From Promethearchaeia archaeon (GTDB lineage: Archaea > Asgardarchaeota > Lokiarchaeia > Sigyniarchaeales > SOKP01), in assembly GCA_029856105.1 (NCBI GenBank), contig JAHQWH010000232.1, forward strand, positions 1-13,050: a stretch of DNA of 13,050 nt, in the 5' to 3' direction. Positions 8,522 through 13,050 of this stretch are shown one piece after another. The notes beneath the pieces were generated by a model. The model did not search any database, had not been told where the DNA came from, and saw nothing but the letters and a program-made list of their open reading frames with translations. Both the position numbers and the translations under genes were made by a program. The stretch's first letter is position 1. Each line of letters begins with the position of its first letter.

Positions 8522-9565
8522 TCAAATTTCGAAATTAAACTGTTCTCCACAATGGGGGCAATATTTAGTTTTATCTTTCACAAATTTCCCACAGAAGGGG
8601 CAATATAAACCAGATCCGGGTTTATCGGTTTCATTCATACTCTCAAGTGAACTTGATTCATCGCGATATGGCGTTCCATAACTCTGAGGGGGTTGATCGT
8701 AAGGAGTTTGGTATTGCACAAATGTTTCTTTTCTAGTCTTTAAAGTTACATACAGAGAAGTCAATAAACAAATAAACAACGGAGCAAAAATCAATTCAAC
8801 GATGTAATGTAATAAATCGTATAAAATTATCATACCATAGTTTCTTGTGGTAGGATTATACCAAGAAGTTTGGTAGAATTGAATAAAGAAATCGCCAATG
8901 AATAATTGAAAAAAGAAATCAATGATCGCTATAATTAGATTACTGACTATAAAAACTCCAATTATTTTCCAAAAATACTTCCTTGCTATTTCTCGCGCAT
9001 CTTTTAATGGCTGATTAGAATCACCAGAATTATACGTGAAAACATAAAAAGCATAATACCCAAATATGATAATACTCGGAATATAGAGAAGAAAAGATCC
9101 TAGAGAAATTCCAATTCCTAATAAAAGAATTACTAATATTAATTTTCCATTTATTGCTTTTTTAAATTCGGAGAAAAACTTTGTCTCGTTCCCAATAAAT
9201 TTGTTATAGAGGTAATTACTAACCAAACACATAGATAGTATGTTAAAAATTGTTATGACAAAAGTGTTAATAAACCCGCTAAATAAATTCAGAGCTAAAT
9301 ATTCCATCATAAGATTAAGATCCGCATCTGTTATAACAGTAGGATCCATACCAAGAATCACTTCAATGGCGGGTGTTATTAGGATTGATTGCCAAACTAT
9401 ATCGGCTGTTAATATATTCTTTATTATTAACGAAATTAACAGAAACAAACCAAGTGGTACAATTAAAGTTAAATAGTTTTTGCCGAAAAATCTAAATCCT
9501 TCCGATAATACTTCGCTAAACCGTTTATTTGAATATCTTTCCATCCTTGGATAAGCTTCCGACAT
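8522..9565 (-). CDS. Polytopic membrane protein with a C-terminal zinc ribbon
   Basis: About 5-6 hydrophobic segments. The FSEVLSEGFRFFGKNY start resembles DUF975/GDPD-membrane-domain-type proteins. A P/Q/Y/S-rich linker is followed by CPFCG-x9-CPHCG (8549-8602). The stop lies 11 nt before the PAC2 start. Confidence 0.82.
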   Translation of the reverse strand: MSEAYPRMERYSNKRFSEVLSEGFRFFGKNYLTLIVPLGLFLLISLIIKNILTADIVWQSILITPAIEVILGMDPTVITDADLNLMMEYLALNLFSGFINTFVITIFNILSMCLVSNYLYNKFIGNETKFFSEFKKAINGKLILVILLLGIGISLGSFLLYIPSIIIFGYYAFYVFTYNSGDSNQPLKDAREIARKYFWKIIGVFIVSNLIIAIIDFFFQLFIGDFFIQFYQTSWYNPTTRNYGMIILYDLLHYIVELIFAPLFICLLTSLYVTLKTRKETFVQYQTPYDQPPQSYGTPYRDESSSLESMNETDKPGSGLYCPFCGKFVKDKTKYCPHCGEQFNFEI

Positions 9566-9692
9566 AATTTTTATTATTTTTGTAATTATTTATAATTTCT
9601 TAAAAAAAGTTAATAATAAGGATAATTCATTTAATTACAAGTAGGAATAGTAAAAAATTTAATAAAAAAATAAATATTTTTTAAACTGGGTT
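9566..9692. promoter_or_regulatory. Divergent promoter region
   Basis: 127-nt AT-rich gap between divergent starts. An A-run plus TTTAATAA (9658-9665) sits at -35..-28 of ATG 9693, resembling BRE/TATA. Confidence 0.45.
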
Positions 9693-11606
9693 ATGTACGC
9701 ACAACAACAACCAACTCGCAATATCCCCGGAATCATTTCATACTTAGATTATTTTTCAACTAAAAAATCAGCGTACATAATATTTTTTAGTTTACCTATA
9801 ATAATTGGGTTACTATCATTTATTTTAAATTCGATTTATACAAGCATCTGGAATCTCTTTTATCTCTCTAACGCATTAATGACGTTCTATATAACAATGG
9901 GAACAGGGATTGTATTATCAATTTTCTATTATTCAAAGCGAGCCCCTATTTTAGCGTCGCCTCCGAAAGGATGGGGGATTCAAATGAATGCTTTTACAAC
10001 GGGTATGATTGGACTTTCTTTAATAATTGGTCAAATAATTACAATTTTTCTTAGGAATGTTACATTTCAAGAAGTATTTTTTATACTTGGGACAATTCTA
10101 GCTTATATTATTTCTTTTGTCTTACACTATTCATTTACGACAGTTGGAAAATATGGAAATTTTATTCTAGCATTTATTCAACCCATATTAGGAATTACTT
10201 TTTTTAGTATTTTCGCATCTCAGATCCCACTATTATTTTTCATTAGAGCTATCTTGTTTTTTACAATATGTGCAATTTTCTTCGCAATTCCCTATGCATG
10301 GAATATGTCTCAAGTAAGTAATGTATATAGACAAGCGACAGGTATGGGCGGTTACCCATTTATTAGAGCTTTCGTGCTTTCTATGATGACAGAAGGCAAC
10401 GATGATATGTTAGAAGATTTTTTCGATAAAATTGGTGTTCTTTCTGATGTAAAGATTCAATATTTAGCAATTCGGGGTAAAAAATCTAAAAAGTTAAAGG
10501 GATTATTTGTTATCCCCCATATTCATTTTGGGCCTTTTAAAACGTGTGGTTCTTCTGATTTACCGGCTCTCATCTACGAAGCATTTAAACACGTTCCAGG
10601 GACAACCGTTTATCATACAACCAACGATCACACGCAAAATTTAACATCTCAAAGTGAACTCGAAAAAGTTTTAAGGCAAATAAATAGAGATGTAAAATAT
10701 ATTGAAGAGAACTCTCAAAACGAATGGACTAACGAAATAAAAAATGTCTCAAGAAAAATGTCGAATTCTGCTAAATTAATCGGCTTTGATTTAGACAATA
10801 TAGCTATTGTTTTTTTAACGAGACATCCTCTACCTTCTGATGATATACAAGCTCAAATAGGTGATGAAATTAGAAAAATAGCAAAATCAAAAGGTTATCG
10901 CGAGATAATTATAATTGATTCGCATAATTCTATAATTGGCGACGAAGTTTTAATAGAAAACCAATCTTTAGAGGCGAAAGATCTTATTTCAGTATCAGAA
11001 AGATTTTTAACTTCTAATATAAATAATAAAAAAGAGAATACTAACAAATTGATCGTACAATATGGCGTTGCAAAAGATTTGATGGGCGAATATTCTGAAA
11101 AAGATGGAATTGGAACAGGTGGGTTAGTAGTCCACCTTTTTAAAGACATAACCACTAAACAAAAAACGGTATTGATCCACTTTGATGCGAACAATGCTTA
11201 TGTTGATATTCGATCGTTCGTTTTAAACATGCTACAAAATAGAGGGATAGAGAGGGGAGAAATAACAACTTCGGATTCCCATACAGTTGCTAGACAATTT
11301 AGTCGAAGAGGTTATTCACCAATCGGGGATAAAATTAAATTAGAAAAGATTTTAGAAAAACTTGATTCCTTAATCAATAAAGCTGAAAAAACTTTAGAAG
11401 AAGTCGAGTTTTTTTATTACGATTCTGTAGTTGAGGGGATCAAGATTTGGGGTAATCCTAGATATTTTGAAACGATTATGGATACTTTAATGAAAACTAT
11501 AAAAGTATCTCAAGGGTTATTCACATACAGTTTAATTATTCCAACTCTCTTTTCAATAATTCTACTCTTGTTCTTTTACGAAATTAATTTTGGAGTAATT
11601 TTTTAG
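9693..11606 (+). CDS. DUF2070 family membrane protein (COG3356; predicted neutral-ceramidase-superfamily hydrolase)
   Basis: N-terminal multi-TM region; soluble domain with PHIHFGPF..CGSSDLP, HxxxxHxxN, DSHN, DANN and TSDSH motifs; single C-terminal TM; 637 aa. Confidence 0.87.
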   Translation: MYAQQQPTRNIPGIISYLDYFSTKKSAYIIFFSLPIIIGLLSFILNSIYTSIWNLFYLSNALMTFYITMGTGIVLSIFYYSKRAPILASPPKGWGIQMNAFTTGMIGLSLIIGQIITIFLRNVTFQEVFFILGTILAYIISFVLHYSFTTVGKYGNFILAFIQPILGITFFSIFASQIPLLFFIRAILFFTICAIFFAIPYAWNMSQVSNVYRQATGMGGYPFIRAFVLSMMTEGNDDMLEDFFDKIGVLSDVKIQYLAIRGKKSKKLKGLFVIPHIHFGPFKTCGSSDLPALIYEAFKHVPGTTVYHTTNDHTQNLTSQSELEKVLRQINRDVKYIEENSQNEWTNEIKNVSRKMSNSAKLIGFDLDNIAIVFLTRHPLPSDDIQAQIGDEIRKIAKSKGYREIIIIDSHNSIIGDEVLIENQSLEAKDLISVSERFLTSNINNKKENTNKLIVQYGVAKDLMGEYSEKDGIGTGGLVVHLFKDITTKQKTVLIHFDANNAYVDIRSFVLNMLQNRGIERGEITTSDSHTVARQFSRRGYSPIGDKIKLEKILEKLDSLINKAEKTLEEVEFFYYDSVVEGIKIWGNPRYFETIMDTLMKTIKVSQGLFTYSLIIPTLFSIILLLFFYEINFGVIF

Positions 11607-11645
11607 CTCTAAATTTTTGATTTTATAATACACCTGGTTCTTTTG

Positions 11646-11715
11646 TGATAAAATCATAATATGTCGATATTATATACATATATGTAATTTATTTGCTCTT
11701 TTTTTTATTAAATAT
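11646..11715 (+). promoter_or_regulatory. Tandem palindromes and a putative TATA box upstream of the GTPase gene
   Basis: TGAT-aaa-ATCA (11646-11656), ATAATAT-gtcg-ATATTAT (11656-11673) and TACATATATGTA (11675-11686). TTAAATAT at 11708-11715 is -32..-25 from ATG 11740. Confidence 0.35.
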
Positions 11716-11739
11716 ATTCTTTTCGTAATGATTTAAGAA

Positions 11740-12276
11740 ATGTTAAGTTCAGAAATAAACAGATTGATGAAGGTAACATTCATAGGTTCGCCTGCAGTCG
11801 GCAAAACAACTATGTTAAAGCTTCTATCAAAAGATACGATTGATAAGTTTTATTTCCCTACTCATGGGTTCGATTTAAAAACGGTCAAATTAGACGATTA
11901 TTATCTCAAAGTGTGGGATATGGGTGGGCAAAGGTCGTACTTTAAGGCTTATTCAAAAGATTATCTTTTAGGCTCAGATGTAATCTTTATCGTAACTGAT
12001 TCGACTCCCCGTAATGTTTTAAATTCACGAGAATTAATTAATTACGCTACGCATTTTGTCGGTAAAGAATGCCCCATTATAGTAATAGCAAACAAACAAG
12101 ATTTGCAAAAGAGCGATGGCCGTATGAGCCCTAGTCGCGTAGAAGATATTCTTCGAGTTAAGACGTATGGATTTTCGGCTATTAATCCCAACAATAGAGT
12201 TAAATTAATGGATATTATTAGAAAAGAATTGAAACAAATCGCAGTAAGGAGGAGATTAAAAGAAATTGAACTTTAA
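11740..12276 (+). CDS. Ras-superfamily small GTPase (Arf/Rag-related, Asgard type)
   Basis: G1 GSPAVGKTT, G2 PTHGF, G3 WDMGGQ, G4 NKQD, G5 SAI; 178 aa. Confidence 0.93.
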   Translation: MLSSEINRLMKVTFIGSPAVGKTTMLKLLSKDTIDKFYFPTHGFDLKTVKLDDYYLKVWDMGGQRSYFKAYSKDYLLGSDVIFIVTDSTPRNVLNSRELINYATHFVGKECPIIVIANKQDLQKSDGRMSPSRVEDILRVKTYGFSAINPNNRVKLMDIIRKELKQIAVRRRLKEIEL

Positions 12277-12820
12277 TGAAAAAGAGCTTTTTGGTGCGGC
12301 CTTAATAGGCTTCGATATGATAGATGGGCCATTTCTCAAATGGAAAAAGGAATATGGGGCACCTACTAATTTAATGAACCTTGAAGATTTCGCTATGAAT
12401 TTTTATCTAGCATTTCGAGGAGGTAATGCGGGAAAAAAACCACGAGCTATTTTATACGATAACTTTTACATTGTTGCGTTTCCAAAAGATTTAGAATTAA
12501 CCTGTTTGTTCATGAAACCTCGTGGTATCGATAGCAACATTAAACAACTTAATAAAGTTGCTTCAAGGATTGTCCATGAAATGGATCTTTTGGAAGAAGA
12601 AAACGATACACCGGTTGAATCTAGCAAGGATACAATTGAAGAAATTAAAAGGTTAATTGTAAATATATTAAACGGTACAGAAATGTCAACCCCGGAATTA
12701 AGAAGATATTTCAAATTAAGCAATTCACAGATCTGGAAAGTAATGTCTGGTTTAGAAAGCTCTAAAAAAATAAAACGCGCTCGTAAGCAAGGTAGAACTA
12801 TATTATGGACAACTATCTAA
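12266..12820 (+). CDS. Longin/uDENN-like domain + C-terminal winged helix-turn-helix protein
   Basis: N-terminal hydrophobic strand followed by FDMIDGP, a beta-beta-alpha-beta-beta-beta-alpha pattern, an acidic linker, then IKRLIVNIL..MSTPELRRYFKLSNSQIWKVMSGLE..IKR..GR..LW (wHTH). The TTG start overlaps the GTPase gene by 11 nt, with AGGAGG at 12247-12252. Confidence 0.72.
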   Translation: MNFNEKELFGAALIGFDMIDGPFLKWKKEYGAPTNLMNLEDFAMNFYLAFRGGNAGKKPRAILYDNFYIVAFPKDLELTCLFMKPRGIDSNIKQLNKVASRIVHEMDLLEEENDTPVESSKDTIEEIKRLIVNILNGTEMSTPELRRYFKLSNSQIWKVMSGLESSKKIKRARKQGRTILWTTI

Positions 12821-12836
12821 TATTTTTTTTTATTTA
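12821..12836 (+). terminator. Putative oligo-T archaeal terminator between convergent genes
   Basis: T9 run (12823-12831) just after the stop at 12820. Confidence 0.45.
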
Positions 12837-13049
12837 TTAAGTTCTTCTGTGAGTCCAATTTTTTTGTTTAGTATAATATCTTGAAAACATAATATAACAA
12901 ATATCAGGTAACTGCTTTTCGAGATTATTAAGTGTAATATATCGTAGCACATGATTAATTAAGAAAATTCCTACTAATTCCATATGATAACTTCCGATTT
13001 TTTTAAGAAGTGCCTTACCTGAATAGAAAATATCTAACCCCTCTTGACT
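12837..13049 (-). CDS. 3' end of an unidentified CDS entering from the right edge (partial)
   Basis: My translation: 70 open codons from the window edge (SQEGLDIFYSGKALLKK...KNWTHRRT) to TAA at 12839-12837, converging on the wHTH gene with a 16-nt gap. Not in the supplied ORF track. Confidence 0.55.
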   Translation of the reverse strand, partial: SQEGLDIFYSGKALLKKIGSYHMELVGIFLINHVLRYITLNNLEKQLPDICYIMFSRYYTKQKNWTHRRT

Positions 13050-13050
13050 A

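Noticed and set aside
8513-8524. TGA stop as possible selenocysteine or readthrough into PAC2
   Set aside because: An in-frame TAG follows two codons later, the context is not redox-motif-like, and I found no convincing SECIS.
8350-8538. 62-aa plus-strand ORF
   Set aside because: Antisense to the well-supported PAC2 gene and the end of its upstream neighbour.
9240-9476. 78-aa plus-strand ORF
   Set aside because: Fully antisense within the membrane zinc-ribbon gene.
10895-11194. 99-aa minus-strand ORF
   Set aside because: Antisense shadow inside DUF2070.
12276-12305. TAATG stop/start overlap after the GTPase gene
   Set aside because: That ATG opens only MKKSFLVRP-stop in a different frame; the long ORF uses TTG 12266.
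12466-12723. 85-aa minus-strand ORF
   Set aside because: Antisense shadow inside the longin-wHTH gene.
1-13050. CRISPR array, tRNA/rRNA, IS element or prophage
   Set aside because: I saw no regularly spaced repeats, GC-rich structural RNA, terminal inverted repeats with a transposase, or viral hallmark genes.

Overview
AT-rich archaeal-type window, most consistent with an Asgard archaeon of the Lokiarchaeia type. This is inferred from the co-occurrence of DUF2070, a PAC2 proteasome chaperone, an Arf/Rag-like small GTPase and a longin-like domain, not from a marker gene. It holds 11 complete CDSs and one partial CDS at the right edge: an Asp/Glu racemase-family protein, an MFS transporter with a long helical C-tail, two hypotheticals, a Pol-beta-type nucleotidyltransferase, a FadH-like flavoprotein, a PAC2 chaperone, a membrane protein with a zinc ribbon, DUF2070, a small GTPase and an overlapping longin/uDENN-like + winged-HTH protein. 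I saw no rRNA, tRNA, CRISPR array or clear mobile element. The best candidate for an undescribed system is the GTPase + longin-wHTH gene pair (11740-12820), which could be a GTPase-coupled transcription regulator with a miniature NPRL2/3-like architecture, preceded by tandem palindromes. Other leads are a duplicated MIT/TPR-like module on the MFS, a predicted three-way-junction RNA upstream of the 100-aa ORF, and a cryptic ~36-aa repeat protein. All family calls come from motif recognition by eye; no searches were run.
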